Below are positions 25,103 through 37,995 of a DNA stretch of 64,000 bases, piece after piece. The DNA is from Phoronis australis (taxonomy: Eukaryota; Animalia; Phoronida). Position 1 is the first letter of the stretch. Each line of letters begins with the position of its first letter. The notes under the pieces are model-generated. The model was not told where the DNA came from, ran no database searches, and worked only from the letters and a program-made list of their open reading frames with translations. The translations under genes and the position numbers were made by a program. The stretch covers positions 197,467-261,466 of the forward strand of contig NMRA01000002.1 in NCBI GenBank assembly GCA_002633005.1, given 5' to 3'.

Positions 25103-28066
25103 CATTAGTGCTTCCTAAGCCGGTACAACAGCAACCTGCTGTCATTGTATTAGAGAATGAACCAACAAAATCTCTGATGGCACTATCAGAACCAACTGAA
25201 GCTACAGCAGCACTCAGGCAACTGGAAGACATGAGCGATGAACTGGCACAGATGGCTGAAAATGCCAATGTGGTGATCACAAGCTCTGTACAAACACTGC
25301 CAGACAAACTGGTACGAGTCACAATCCAACTTAAGAGGCCGAAAGCATCAGATGGCAACACCGCAAGTGACACAGCTAAACCGCAACATCCTTCTGATGT
25401 TGGCAGTGCTAAGTTTTTACACTCGATAACAAAACCGGTTGATCACAGAACAATGAGTTCAGAGATGTTACACAATCGTATTCAACAACTTATTGCAGAA
25501 AACCAAGCAATTGTTGACACAGCTCCAATACTGGACCCTCCCAGGCAGAAACGACTTTCACGCCAAAACAGTGAGACAGCCAAGTCAGGCAACAACTCTC
25601 CGAAGAACATGCCATCGACGAGCGGTATGCAAAAATCTGAACAGTCTTTTTTAGAGATTACCGAGGCCTCGGACCGCCCACCTGAATTCCAAATGAATGC
25701 CAAATGGAAGTCTTTTGAACTCGGGCTCATTCCAGAGATTCAGATAAGTCTCAAATTGCCAAAACCTCTGGAGAATGCAAAAAATCCGATAGTGCAAGAA
25801 GGAAGCGTTATCAAGCAACTACTGAGTGGGCTTGTTACGTCACCATCATCAACTCCTACATCACTGGCTCCTCCCATCTTTGTTAATACAGACAAGATTG
25901 TTGACAAATATGGACCCTATCTCTGTCATACCTGCAATGTATCATTTCGCAAAGACACCAGTCTTCAGATGCATCAGAGGTTCTATTGCCCCGAGCCGGC
26001 ACAGTCAGAAAATACACTTCAAGCTGCCATCTTGTGCTTACAGGCTGAGCGAGAACGTGAAATACTTGACAAAGTCTTCCCTGAAGTGCCCGTCACTCCA
26101 GTAAGTCCAACAAAGTTTTCGTACAATAGCAATGGAACATCTGCTGGCGAAGTTGGCTCCCCTAAGAAAAAGGGAAAACCAAAACTGAGCAGAACCAAGA
26201 CGAGAGATAGCGAGAGCTCAGATGCGACACCTGTGCTTCTGTCTTCAAATCCTGCTGCTCCCACTCCGAGTGGTGGCTCCATCATCAAGATGTCTACGCC
26301 GTCTTTTCCTGCAAGCGTTCCCATTGGACCAGTCATTGTGGACAAATCACAGGACCCTTTCCCCGCTGGACCTGTAATTGTGAATGAAATGCACAAAGTT
26401 GTCCCTTTCGCATGTTTTGGTGGCAGTCTCCTGAAGCGATCCTTATCTGTTCCATCGTCGGCATTTTCCGGTGAGTCTTCAGTCCTGACTGCTCTTAAGG
26501 CGCAGTGCACCAACTCTTCATCAATTCATTCGAAAATAGAGACCATCATCTCCAATACAACCACTTCACCATTAGCCAGATCCATGGCTACAACTGGTGT
26601 CCCATTAACCAACCAGCAAGAATCACAGTCAACATCAGCACCAACAACTTCTTCTTCTGCAAAGAATCTATGGAAGCTCCAGCTAAGGGGGAAACTATTA
26701 ATGAAACGCTCCATGAGTGTTGAACGCATGCTTTCGAATGAAGAGACTGACAAATCTTTCACCCCTACAAAAGTAATGAGCCGACCCAACTTGGCCTGCC
26801 CTTTGCCACCAGAAGCCCCGCGCTTAATGAGGAGCATCACTGTCGATGCGTTACCTTTATCACGTGCAAGTGTAAAAATTGAACCAAAGAAAATACGTTT
26901 CAAACCTATAGCTAAAAGGCCGGAATCTCCAGTTTTGACTGCCAAGCCACAGTTGGCTCTTCCCTCAAAATCATCTTCCAAAATTGTCAGATCGCTACAG
27001 GTGTTGAGAAATTCCTCTTGTTATGTTGCCACTTCAAAAGTTAGTCCTGTTAATTTTGTTCCCCTAGCCCAGGCTGGCTCAATGCCTCTCGTGCCAAGTA
27101 TAATCCAAGGTAGCGTCATTAAAATACCCATGTACCGTGCTAAAAGTCTGGAAACTGTGACTCTGGCAACAAGCCAGGGAACATGTATAGTGCTTCCACA
27201 TTTGTCCCTACCTCCAGTTCCTCCACATCACGTGTCTGTTATACAGACGACTCCGTCAACCACGAAGATGATTGCTTCACCGCGTGGCTCTCTAACGAAT
27301 ACTGTAAAAGCTAAATTCAGTGTGGCATCTGCTGTCACAATTGCCAAACCTTTGTCTACTGAAACCAGAGAAGATGCAAAACATTGTACCCCTATCCAGA
27401 ACATTCCACATATGCTCGCTGGGCACAACCTACCATCGCTTCGGTCGTCAACTCATGCCACATTCTGCTGCGTCCAGCAGAGTCAACCCATGTACGTCCA
27501 ACAGGGATCCAATCGGAAGATTTCCATGTATTCCAACTGGCGTGTAGCCGCATATAATCCTAACCCTCAGGGTCTGACCGCTGGAATGCTGTTCTCTCTC
27601 TACAGATCGCGACAGTATGCGTATGATCCTACTTATGTTATGTCTAAAGTGGGCAGCTCTCAGCCTGGTTCACTCACACATTCAAGTTACTGGAACTATT
27701 ACAACAAACTTAAGGCCATTCAGTCACTGCAAGCGTCGCCATCTGCCACTAATGAAACCAAGCCGATTGCAGCGCCACCATGTGATAATCTTACCGCCAA
27801 TGCTGTAACAGTGGCTGCAGCTACGTCTCCAGCAAAGACAAAAGAGAGCACCACACCTTCAAAAATGAAGAAACGCTTATTTGCCGGTGGTTACAAGTCT
27901 AATGATTACTATGTTTATGTGAGAGGTCGAGGTCGTGGCAAGTATGTCTGTGAAGAATGTGGGATTCGCTGTAAAAAGCCAAGCATGTTGAAGAAGCACA
28001 TTCGCACACACACTGACCTTCGACCTTACAGCTGCAAGCACTGTAGCTTCTCATTCAAAACAAAAG
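24056..28066 (+). CDS. shn: Schnurri/HIVEP exon 2: ZF1-2, polyQ, lone C2HC finger, ZF4 and start of ZF5
   Basis: [57 protein letters not shown] and GGYKSNDYYVYVRGRGRGKYVCEECGIRCKKPSMLKKHIRTHTDLRPY are diagnostic ZAS-family sequences. Acceptor ttttcag at 24055; donor G|GTGAGA. Confidence 0.97.
25012..25100 (+). repeat. CAG/CAA polyglutamine tract in shn
   Basis: QQQQKQHQQQQQYQQQQQQQQQQQ, encoded largely by (CAG)n. Confidence 0.9.
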
Positions 28067-28707
28067 GTGAGATTTTTTGTATCGCTTGTATTTACCTGGC
28101 ATTATGCAGTTGTGGATGATACTTTAAATCCTTTGACAGTTTTTAATTTATTTTTTCACAGATTACAAGATACTATCTAGTCTTGCTGTAGGTCTCAGTG
28201 TTTGCTTCTATTTGTACACGTTTTCCATAACGTGCTCCGGGCATATAGAAAGTCAGGTTCCAAACACATGCTGTTCTGCAATCTGTGACGAGATGTTATG
28301 CCAATGCCGTCGCTGGTAGTTTTACAAAAATTTCGTCGACTACAGATTATTCTCACACCAGGAGGAGGAACTTTGTCATGATGAAATATACAAGAATTAG
28401 CCTCTGGTTTGGGCTGTAATGAGAAACAATCACAGATCATTACTGTTCTGAAAGGTAGTCACCAGGGTCAAAAAACAAAATAACCCAGCTGCTAGACAAA
28501 AATTGAAACTTGAGGTCAAGTGAAAATTTGCACTTTAAACTTTATTTCTTTAATTACCGTGCTTTTGAAGATTTAATTTAATTATGTGTTTCAGTGGTGG
28601 CTCTCAGTTACTGGCACTTTTTGCAATGAATGTGACACAATAACCTATGTACCATGTGTATTTAACTTGCTCTAACATGCTAAAAGGCTTAGCATCTTTA
28701 TCGCCAG

Positions 28708-28907
28708 GTAACTTGACAAAGCACATGAAGTCAAAGGCTCACTCGAAGCGCTGTATGGAGTTAGGCATTGTGCCAGTACCAACAATGGTTGACGACTCTC
28801 AGATTGACAATGAGGCTCTGGAACGTCAGCAGGAGATCTCCAGGGAAAGTAAAATTTTGGAAGACAAGCGGGCGCTTAAGACAATGAAAGCAGAATTAAA
28901 GGATCAG
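28708..28907 (+). CDS. shn: Schnurri exon 3 (completes ZF5: GNLTKHMKSKAHSKRC)
   Basis: Continues KTKG|NLTKHMKSKAH as in HIVEP; AG/GT sites and phases consistent. Confidence 0.95.
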
Positions 28908-29614
28908 GTACAGAATAGTTTCATGCTAGGCAGTTGTCATGGCAACAGGAAAATGGTGTTAGCATTAACAAAACCAAGGCAATGATATCTGATAATTTTT
29001 TCCAGTTCAAAAATTGATAGACTGGTTCGAATTCTCTGTCTTCTCATTAGTTGCGGGTATGGCACCTTGTTGCTTTTTTCTCAAGTGGGAGAGTTAGTTA
29101 GGTGACTGAGAATTTGTTGTCAACACGTGTGACTATTTGCTGGGTTGTATTATATGATGTAGGTATGTGGGATTACTTCAATCTTTACATCATCTTTGGT
29201 CTGGGGATACCAAAGTGATGATGCCCAAGAAAGAAAGTTGGTATTGTCTAGGGTATCCATTTTCTTGCCCAGATGTTTGGTTCCTCTCGATTTTGAATTT
29301 CTGGCATCACCCCTACTGAGTAGGAGGAGGAGAACCGTCTGTTTGAATACCTCCATACCTCTAAGGTATTATTTGCTCATGCTTTGCTGGCTCTTTAATA
29401 AAACACCTCGTGGGTGTTACTGGAACTTCTTAAAGTACATTCGTGATTGCAATTTTTGTTACACAGTAAGGAATTTTGACAATCCTGAGTACATCTGCTG
29501 ACTACTTGGGCTGGTCTCTTATTACAAAGTTGCATTATGGCAAAATCTTAACTTTGCATTAAGGTCAAGTCACTCTGTTAACCTACTAAGTGAAAGTCAT
29601 TACGTTTTTCTTAG

Positions 29615-29760
29615 GGAGGTGATGATGAAGATGATCATGATGAAGAGGATGATGAGTTTGAAGATGAGGAGGATGACAGCGACGAGGAGAGTTGTGAGGA
29701 AGATGATGAACCTAACCTCATCATCAATGAAGAACTTGGCAACAGTTCAAGTAACACTGT
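29615..29760 (+). CDS. shn: Schnurri exon 4 (acidic ZAS region)
   Basis: GGDDEDDHDEEDDEFEDEEDDSDEESCEEDDE...; ttag acceptor and GTAAGG donor; phase 0 in, phase 2 out. Confidence 0.9.
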
Positions 29761-30239
29761 GTAAGGGATTATAGTTAAAAATGCTGTGAATGCCCGTGTT
29801 CTTTAATAAGGTTTTGTATGTATTTGAATATGGTGCATGCTGATTACCATGTATCTTTGTGAATATGCGATCAAAGAAATTAAAACTGCAGTACATGGCG
29901 CCACTCACCTGAGTGGAAAGGTGCCTGTACCTTTGTAAATGGGACTTTTTGTGGCATTTTTACTGGGAAGGGAATTTTTGTGCCATTTTTACTAACCAAG
30001 AGGGGAATTTTTGTGAGGTTTATTTGTTGCATTGCTTTTCATGACAATGGTATATTGCAAATTTTTTGTCTTGATAAGGGGAATTCTGAGTGATTTTTAA
30101 ATATTTTTGAGAAGGAAAGGTGGCCGTTATTTGTTTTTTGCTGAAAATGATCCTGCACAACCAACTCGACCCTTGTCAAATCAATATTTTGACATGGTGC
30201 TGGGTAAAACGCTGCATGTTGTCAGTCACCATGCAGGGC

Positions 30240-30545
30240 TCTTGTTCACATTAAGGGAAGTTAATCGTGCCTTCTAAGAAGGGAATTTTTTGGGTGAGGG
30301 AAAAATTGTCCCTCCCACAGCAACCACCAATAGCATCCCACTCCCCCACACCCATTGCCGCCCATCGTTGGCTCCTGCCTCAAGGAAAGTAACATTTTGT
30401 GCTGATTCAAATTGTCAAGTGTGTGAGTTACAAGTGGTTCTAACCTCAAAGGGAACTTTGAATCACTTGAGGGGAATTTTGTGCAATTTTTAAATATTTT
30501 TTCAAAGGAGAATGGGTTGGATATTGGACCCCAAATCAAGGAACC
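30240..30545 (-). repeat. Dispersed repeat family R2, copy 3
   Basis: Reverse-complement homology to 390-720 and 5490-5830. Confidence 0.65.
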
Positions 30546-30702
30546 GAGAACCCCGTCATGTGTATCATCTTACAGTCACAGGTCATGTTTTTGCAGGTTT
30601 TTGTGTTTTTTGATTATTCATTGTTACTCTGCATAATTCAGTTAGGGATGTGTTAAGATAATTCTACTTTGTTGTTTATTGTGTGATATCAGCACTATAA
30701 TT

Positions 30703-30885
30703 TCATCGCTGTGGCGAGTCATTGCTGTGGCGAGTCATCGCTGTGGCGAGTCATCGCTGTGGCGAGTCATCGCTGTGGCGAGTCATCGCTGTGGCGAGTC
30801 ATCGCTGTGGCGAGTCATCGCTGTGGCGAGTCATCGCTGTGGCGAGTCATCGCTGTGGCGAGTCATCGCTGTGGCGAGTCATTGC
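30703..30885 (+). repeat. 16-bp minisatellite (tcatcgctgtggcgag), about 11 copies
   Basis: Direct tandem repeat; about 6 copies in the second copy at 33555-33656. Confidence 0.95.
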
Positions 30886-30945
30886 TTTTTGTCAGAATGT
30901 CATGCTTAATACACAGTCATGTATCATGGTGAGGTTGTTTTACAG

Positions 30946-31017
30946 AGGAAACGCTGTGGAGGAACTGGAACTTGATCAAGAGAGGATCACAAGTGTTGTT
31001 GGGATGCCAGTGGAAAT
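30946..31017 (+). CDS. shn: Schnurri exon 5, copy 1 (GC donor)
   Basis: tttacag acceptor; GNAVEELELDQERITSVVGMPVE; 72 nt, phase 2-2; donor GCAAGT. Confidence 0.55.
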
Positions 31018-31993
31018 GCAAGTTTTCATTTTAGCTGACGTGTGTGCATCTGGTGTAGATTCACAGTTCTGCTAGCTCCATTAAAATAAGGTTGTGTGGG
31101 ACCCTAGAAAAACATCCCAATTTGGCTGACGTCAGAACATTATATCTCAGAACTGGCTGATCGTATTCATGTAATGAAATTTTCAGATAATATTCTGTAT
31201 GCTCTGTGTTCCAAAATGTTGTTGGAATTGTTTTTTTTTAGAAAGTTTCAATTCTACTTGAGATACTATCAAAAATAGGACTTTAATATAGAAAGCTAAA
31301 AAAATGCATAAAACAACAAACGAAATGCTTATGTGGAAAACTGTATCAGTGTTTTTGAGAGATTAAATGAAATTTGGTTATGTTAATGGTACTGTGGTTT
31401 TACTATGAATTCAACTTTCTGTTTTCCTAAATTTTACTGAAAGACATGGTCATGTGACCCAATTAATGCCAAATTGGTATTGATGCAACAGTCCACATGC
31501 CTTCTCCTTTCAGAAATGTATAATACTTTTTCTGAGTTAAAATCTGTTGTTCTGCATAATGATTTTTGTAGCTTAGTGGCATTTGTGTGGCTTTAAAAAA
31601 GATTGAGATTTTTCTAAAAATGATACGGACAGGTACTTTTCCTGCTTTTTTAAGCAGCGAGGCACATGTTTCAAAATGAGTCTAGGTGCATCCCGGCAGG
31701 CTACAATCAACTGGTTTTGTTTGGCCTAAGTGATAATTTCAATTTTTGTTGCTGTGGCTCCATCTAGTCGCTGTGCTCAAAATAATGTGCATCCCCTCAA
31801 TTGTAGCTATCCTTTTTGCTAGCCACCAGGTGGATGTATAGCAACATTTTGCATTACGACTCTTGTTAATTGTCTGACCAACCAGTGATCAAGTTTTTAT
31901 CCTAAATCTATACATATATACTAAGAAAGCTTGTTGAATGCTATAGAGAATCATGTTTCGTTCCATGTAATAGTGTTCACCATTCTCTTGCAG

Positions 31994-32073
31994 TGGCAGA
32001 GGACTCCTGCCCGCTCCAGGAAGCGCTCTTGGTAATGGTGGAATGGCAACTTCATCAGGAAATGCTGTAAATG
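31994..32073 (+). CDS. shn: Schnurri exon 6, copy 1
   Basis: cttgcag acceptor; GRGLLPAPGSALGNGGMATSSGNAVN; differences from copy 2 are all synonymous. Confidence 0.7.
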
Positions 32074-32914
32074 GTAACGTTTTGCTACTTTTCAGCTATT
32101 CTTATCAGTTTTTATTTCTGCACACAGACAATGCAGAGTGAATCAATCACAAAAGCAAGAAAAAGCCAAGATTTCTGTGCAAGTTGTGCTTGCGTGCTCA
32201 AAGCTCTCAGACTTCCCTGCAGTGAATGGTTTGGGCCTGTCTGCATATAAAAATTCTCTCGCATATGCTTTTCCCCTCTTGCAAACGCATGTTCCCTCTG
32301 CCTAGACCACTTTTTCCATCTCATAGACATATTTCTCTGCTGTAGACATATTACTCTTGCTTCAGCACATTATTCCCTTCTGTGAAAGCTAGTCTATACC
32401 CTCGCACGCTATCTCCCATTTTGCATAACCTGATGTAAAATCATTATGCACAAATCAAGTATGAAAGGTCTCTACTTATAAATATATCACTGCCAATTTT
32501 TGATTGTTTGTTTTCTGTAGAATCATTTCACAATTCATATTCAAATAATCTTCTATGCAATAAAGTGTTCAGTTGTCACTCCTTTTATTCAGCTCTTCTC
32601 GTTCACGAGGTATGAATTAAACCTATTGACCTAGTGTTTCTGATTTGAGACGGAAAAGAAAACTATTCAAGTCTGCATTGCAACTGACAGTGCATCAGTC
32701 ATCTTTAGTAATAGAATGGCGAACATCAAAATAATTTTGCAGTAAGATAGCGATTAGTAGGGCTAATTAAGTAGTGTACAACTGTGGTATAAGTGCCATA
32801 ATGGCACGCAGCATTAAAGTTATGGGTAATTAATGCAGAATCAGGGAGGGCGCCACAGGATTTTGTTACATGGCAATGGTAGTGTGGCAACACCTGTTCC
32901 TGCAGAAAAACTTA

Positions 32915-33164
32915 CCGTAATCGTTCGGGTTAACGCCCATGCTCAGTTAACCGCCCATCCCCGACTTTAAGTGGATTTTCGATTTAACCGCCCACTGCTC
33001 AGTTAAGCGCCCCCCTGCGATTTTTGAAGATTTCCAGTTAAGCGCCCATCCCCGACTTTAGGTGGATTTTCGATTTAACCGCCCACTGCTCGGTTAACCG
33101 CCCTCCCCCGATTTTTTGGATTCGCCAATTTAACCGCCCAGGGCGTTAACCCGAACGATTACGG
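32915..33164. mobile_element. Intact 250-bp Tc1/mariner/pogo-type MITE
   Basis: Perfect 24-bp TIR CCGTAATCGTTCGGGTTAACGCCC, TA target-site duplication, internal ttaaccgccc repeats; empty site (aaaacttactggg) in the duplicate copy near 35660. Confidence 0.95.
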
Positions 33165-33276
33165 TACTGGGAGCATTTTATATTCTTGCACTAAAGGAAT
33201 AAAAAGTGGCGTAACAACTGTCTTGCCAGTGTTGCCAGGACCTGGAACTATTCATTGTAATATGTTGCACTTCCAG

Positions 33277-33405
33277 AAGCCGCCATTCACCGACAGGCTA
33301 TAGATGCAGAGATAGCGCGAAGTCTTCTTGACCTGTCTAAGCAAGCTACTGACCATTCAACAATTGAAAAACCAAAGCACTCCACAGATACAGACACTAC
33401 AAAAA
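33277..33405 (+). CDS. shn: Schnurri exon 7, copy 1
   Basis: ttccag acceptor; AAIHRQAIDAEIARSLLDLSKQ...; GTAAGT donor; phase 1-1. Confidence 0.75.
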
Positions 33406-33717
33406 GTAAGTCCTTTGAANTTATAGTCACAGGTCATGTTTTTGCAGGTTTTTCTGTTTTTTTGATTATTCATTGTTACTCTGCAGAATTCAGTTAGGGA
33501 TTTGTTAAGATAATTCTACTTTGTTGTTTATTGTGTGATATCAGCACTATAATTTCATCGCTGTGGCGAGTCATCGCTGTGGCGAGTCATCGCTGTGGCG
33601 AGTCATCGCTGTGGCGAGTCATCGCTGTGGCGAGTCATCGCTGTGGCGAGTCATTGCCTTTTGTCAGAATGTCATGCCTAATACACATTCATGTATCTTG
33701 GTGAGGTTGTTTTACAG

Positions 33718-33789
33718 AGGAAACCCTGTGGAGGAACTGGAACTTGATCAAGAGAGGATCACAGGTGTTGTTGGGATGCCAGTGGAAAT
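33718..33789 (+). CDS. shn: Schnurri exon 5, copy 2 (GT donor)
   Basis: GNPVEELELDQERITGVVGMPVE; canonical GTAAGT donor. Confidence 0.65.
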
Positions 33790-34743
33790 GTAAGTTTTCA
33801 TTTTAGCTGACGTGTGTGCATCTGGTGTAGATTCACAGTTCTGCTAGCTCCATTAAAATAAGGTTGTGTGGGACCCTAGAAAAACATCCCAATTTGGCTG
33901 ACGTCAGAACATTATATCTCAGAACTGGCTGATCGTATTCATGTAATGAAATTTTCAGATAATATTCTGTATGCTCTGTGTTCCAAAATGTTGTTGGAAT
34001 TGTTTTTTTTTTTAGAAAGTTTCAATTCTACTTGAGATGCTATCAAAAATAGAAAGCTAAAAAAATGCATAAAACAACAAACGAAATGCTTATGTGGAAA
34101 ACTGACAGCGTTTTTGAGAGATTAAATGAAATTAAGCTATGTTAATGGTACTGTGGTTTTACTATGAATTCACCTTTCTGTTTTCCTAAATTTTACTGTA
34201 AGACATGGTCACGTGACCCAATTAATGGCAAATTGTTATTGATACAAAAGTCCACTTGCCTTCTCCTTTCAGAAATGTATACTTTTTCTGAGTTAAAATC
34301 TATTGTTCTGCATAATGATTTTTGTAGCTTAGTGGCATTTGTGTGGCTTTTAAAAAGATTGAGATCTTTTCTAAAAATGGTACGGACAGGTACTTTTCCT
34401 CCTGTTTTAAGCAGCGAGGCCCATGTTTCAAAATGAGTCTGGGTGCAGCCCGCCAGGCTACAAACAAGTGTGGTTTTGTTTGGACTAAGTGATAATTTCA
34501 ATTTTTGTTACTGTGGCTCCATCTAGTCACAGTGCTCAAAATAATGTGCATCCCCTCAATTGTAGCTATGCTTTTTGCTAGCCACCAGGTGGATGTATAG
34601 CAACATTTTGCATTAGGACTCTTGTTAATTGTCTGACCAGCCAGTGATCAGTTTTTATCTGTACATATATACTAAGAAAGCTTGTATATGCTATAGAGAA
34701 TCATGTTTCGTTCGATGTAATAGTTTTCGCCATTCTCTTGCAG

Positions 34744-34823
34744 TGGCAGAGGACTTCTGCCTGCTCCAGGAAGCGCTCTTGGCAATGGTGGAATGGCAAC
34801 TTCATCAGGAAATGCTGTAAATG
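34744..34823 (+). CDS. shn: Schnurri exon 6, copy 2
   Basis: Same peptide as 31994-32073; AG/GT sites intact. Confidence 0.7.
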
Positions 34824-35771
34824 GTAACATTTTGCTACTTTTCATCTATTCAGTTTTTATTTCTACACACAGACAATGCAGATTGAATCAATCACAAAAG
34901 CAAGAAAAAAGCCAAGATTTCTGTGCAAATTGTGCTTGCGTGTTCAAAGCACTCAAACTTCCCTGCAGTGAATGGTTTGGGCCTGTCTGCATACAAAATT
35001 CTCTCGCATATGCTTTTCCCCTCTTGCGAACGCATGTTCCCTCTGCCCAGACCACTTTTTCCATTTCATAGACATATTTCTGTGCTGTAGACATATTACT
35101 CTTGCTTCAGCACATTATTCCCTTCTGTGAAAGCTAGTCTATACCCTCACACGCTATCTCCCATTTTGCATAACCTCATGTAAAATCATTATGCACCAAT
35201 CAACTATGAAAGGTCTCTACTTATAAATAAATCACTGCCAATTTTTGATTGTTTGTTTTCTGTAGAATCATTTCACAATTCATATTCAAATAATCTTCTA
35301 TGCAATAAAGTGTTCAGTTGTCACTCCTTTTATTCAACTCTTCTCGTTCACGAGGTATGAATTAAACCTATTGACCTAGTTTCTGATTTGAGACGGAAAA
35401 GAAAACTATTCAAGTCTGCATTGCAACTGACAGTGCATCAGTCATTAGTAATAGAAAGGCGAACATCAAAATAATTTTGCAGTAAGATAGTGATTAGTAG
35501 GGCTAATTAAGTAGTGTACAACTGTGGTATAAGTGCCGTATCGCGTAATGGCACGCAGCATTAAAGTTATGGGTAATTAATGCAGAATCAGGGAGGGCAC
35601 CACAGGATTTTGTTACATGGCAATGGTAGTGTTGCAACACCTGTTCCTGCAGAAAAACTTACTGGGAGCATTTTATATTCTTGCACTAAAGGAATAAAAA
35701 GTGGCGTAACAACTGTCTTGCCAGTGTTGCCAGGACCTGGAACTATTCATTGTAATATGTTGCACTTCCAG

Positions 35772-35900
35772 AAGCCGCCATTCACCGACAGGCTATAGAT
35801 GCAGAGATAGCGCGAAGTCTTCTTGACCTGTCTAAGCAAGCTACTGACCATTCAACAATTGAAAAACCAAAGCACTCCACAGATACAGACACTACAAAAA
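35772..35900 (+). CDS. shn: Schnurri exon 7, copy 2
   Basis: Identical to 33277-33405. Confidence 0.75.
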
Positions 35901-37613
35901 GTAAGTCCTTTGAACATAATGCAAGAGATAAAGAATTTGCTTTTTAGTGTCTTGTCACTTTTTTTCATTTTGGAACTGGCAAATTTCAATTCGTACTAGA
36001 TTGCATTCAACATTTCATGACTAGCGATGGTGGAAATCCCTTTTTTTCAAATATTGATGAAATTCCAGAGCAAAAGATTTTGGTTCCTCATTTTCATGTC
36101 ATTTTGTTTATGTTCATCTCATGTCTTTTTGGATTTTCTTCTTTGTCAAGACCACTGTGTTATGCCTTTCATGCCTTTGGCTTATTTATTTTGAAGCATA
36201 AGTATGTTTCCTAATAAACATAGATAAATACAGTTACATTTGTTTACTTGCCCACGTCATTAAGAATTTCTTTCACTGACCTCAGTTGTCTGTCAGAAAG
36301 TCAAACCCCTACTGTGAGTGCACTGACTGGCATGCTAGACTATGAGTAATGAGTATAGTCTTATTGCTGTATAGGATTATTGTTACCTAGTAATGTGCAG
36401 CTGTGATACATTATGCCCTAGACTACTCTGTGAGATTTATTTTGTAATAATGTCCACTTATTCACAACTAGGATTACTGAGTATGTTATTGTTGTGTACT
36501 GATCTGGGCTGCCTTTGCATTGTACCCTGGGGAACAAACAATACATAATTCTCATCTGGGAGTAGACACCATTGTTAGTAATCCTGAGGTGTTTCACCAA
36601 ATCTCAGCTGCACTCATTTCTTTCTCATGTTGACTGGCAGTTGCGGGTGCATGTGGTGGTGGTTCTAAATTACCTATGCTTCAGTTTATGTTCTGCTGTG
36701 CTTCAGTCAAGTCAGAATTATGTTCAGTCCTGTATACTGCTATCCATTACATGGTCGGCATATCATGTATTATCCAGGTTTGCTATCTATTAATTTGAAA
36801 CAGTTTTAGCAAAAAAGGAAAGGGGAATGTTTATTTCCAGCCATTAAAATTACTGGACATTAGTTTGATTAATGAGATGGTTAAAATTCAAATTAATCCT
36901 GTTTTTTGTATGCTATACATAGAAACAATTTCTAAACTTTGATCTGCAGGTACCAAGAGTCCCAAAACTGTCACCTTGTATTCTCTAACAATGACTGCAG
37001 AAATATTTAATTTATGTCCACAGAAAAACATTGACAATCATGTGCCAATGACCTCAAACTGTGGAAAATTTAAAACTTTTTAAAACCTCATTAAAAAGTT
37101 TGCCTCATTTCGATTTCAAACAATTCTAAAACAATTCAGCAAGTTTAAGTTTGGGAGGTAAAAGGGTTCACATTCAAATCTCTCACTCAGCCATATTCTT
37201 TACTGCATTGTTTTGTATTATCACTGATAGCTAGGACCAATATCAAATTACTCCCAGCTGATAGTAAAGTGAAGCTCAAAAATTATTGATTAGTTTATAA
37301 AAGAATAGTATTTGATAAATGATTTATTATTTTTCTTATAAAAATATGTACCAATTTCGGACAAAAACTTTTGCAAAATTGCCCATTTTTATATCATTTA
37401 AAGTCTTCTAGCATTGTAGTGAATGGATTCAAGTTTTCAAAATGTTGTCCTGGTGGTATCTATGGGACGTAGTGTCTATATGGTACAGAACCTGAAAATT
37501 TATGAAGCATTAAAAATAATTGCAGGTGGTCTGGTACACTTTGTACGTGTGCAGGCCACGCATGTGGGCCCATTGCTCTGGTCACCTGTAACCATTTTTG
37601 TGCTTTATTAATA

Positions 37614-37730
37614 TGTAGTTAAGGCTGAGCTGAGGAGATAGAAACCTGAATCAAGGGTCTAGCAGTGTGACTCGAACCCACGACCTCGAGTAAAGAAAGC
37701 GGGCACCTCTCATACTAGGCCACACTGCCT
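37614..37730 (-). mobile_element. tRNA-derived SINE
   Basis: Minus strand: ggcagtgtggcctagt (A box)...ggttcgagtc (B box)...actgctagacccttg...cctcagctc; homologous to 55409-55520. Confidence 0.7.
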
Positions 37731-37843
37731 TCTCGTTTGTGAAGCATTGGTGTTACATACTTTTGTGAGAAAATAAAATTTCTCTTGTCTGCCATTTTGT
37801 GTCCTACTGTAGCAATGCATATGTATCTGGTTCACGATTTTAG

Positions 37844-37995
37844 CTCCACATCTGCAAAATCTGATTGGCTCTCTGATGTCTCATGCGCCTGTCACCTCAT
37901 CATCGTTGATGACTAACATGCCGTCTGCTCCTACTGCAAGGTCTGAGAAAAGAAAGGTCTCTGGTGACGATGAGATTGAAGGTGGCGTTATCAAG
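37844..37995 (+). CDS. shn: Schnurri exon 8
   Basis: ttttag acceptor, phase 1 in; PHLQNLIGSLMSH...GGVIK; donor AAG|GTAAAC, phase 0. Confidence 0.75.

Larger units (their letters stand above)
30570..35914 (+). repeat. Tandem duplicate of shn exons 5-7 region (30570-33419 vs 33421-35914), probable haplotype artefact
   Basis: Copies abut at a single N (33420). The three-exon block is phase 2 in and phase 1 out, so including both copies would frameshift. Confidence 0.85.

Noticed and set aside
24434-27808. Antisense and alternate-frame ORFs over shn exon 2, including poly-Cys and poly-Leu
   Set aside because: Shadows of the real coding frame and of the CAG repeat.
24100-28119. ORF-track start (GTG 24100) and stop (28119) as the gene boundaries
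   Set aside because: The true exon is bounded by splice sites at 24056 and 28066; the zinc finger continues in the next exon.
30703-30885. Regular repeat array and ORFs of repeated WRVIAVASHRCGESSL, superficially CRISPR-like or a repeat protein
   Set aside because: Head-to-tail 16-bp minisatellite with no spacers, inside an intron of a eukaryotic gene; the ORFs are a by-product of the periodicity.
37614-37730. Possible tRNA gene (also 55409-55520)
   Set aside because: A and B boxes are present but there is no consistent cloverleaf, and both copies share a non-tRNA tail, so these are SINEs.
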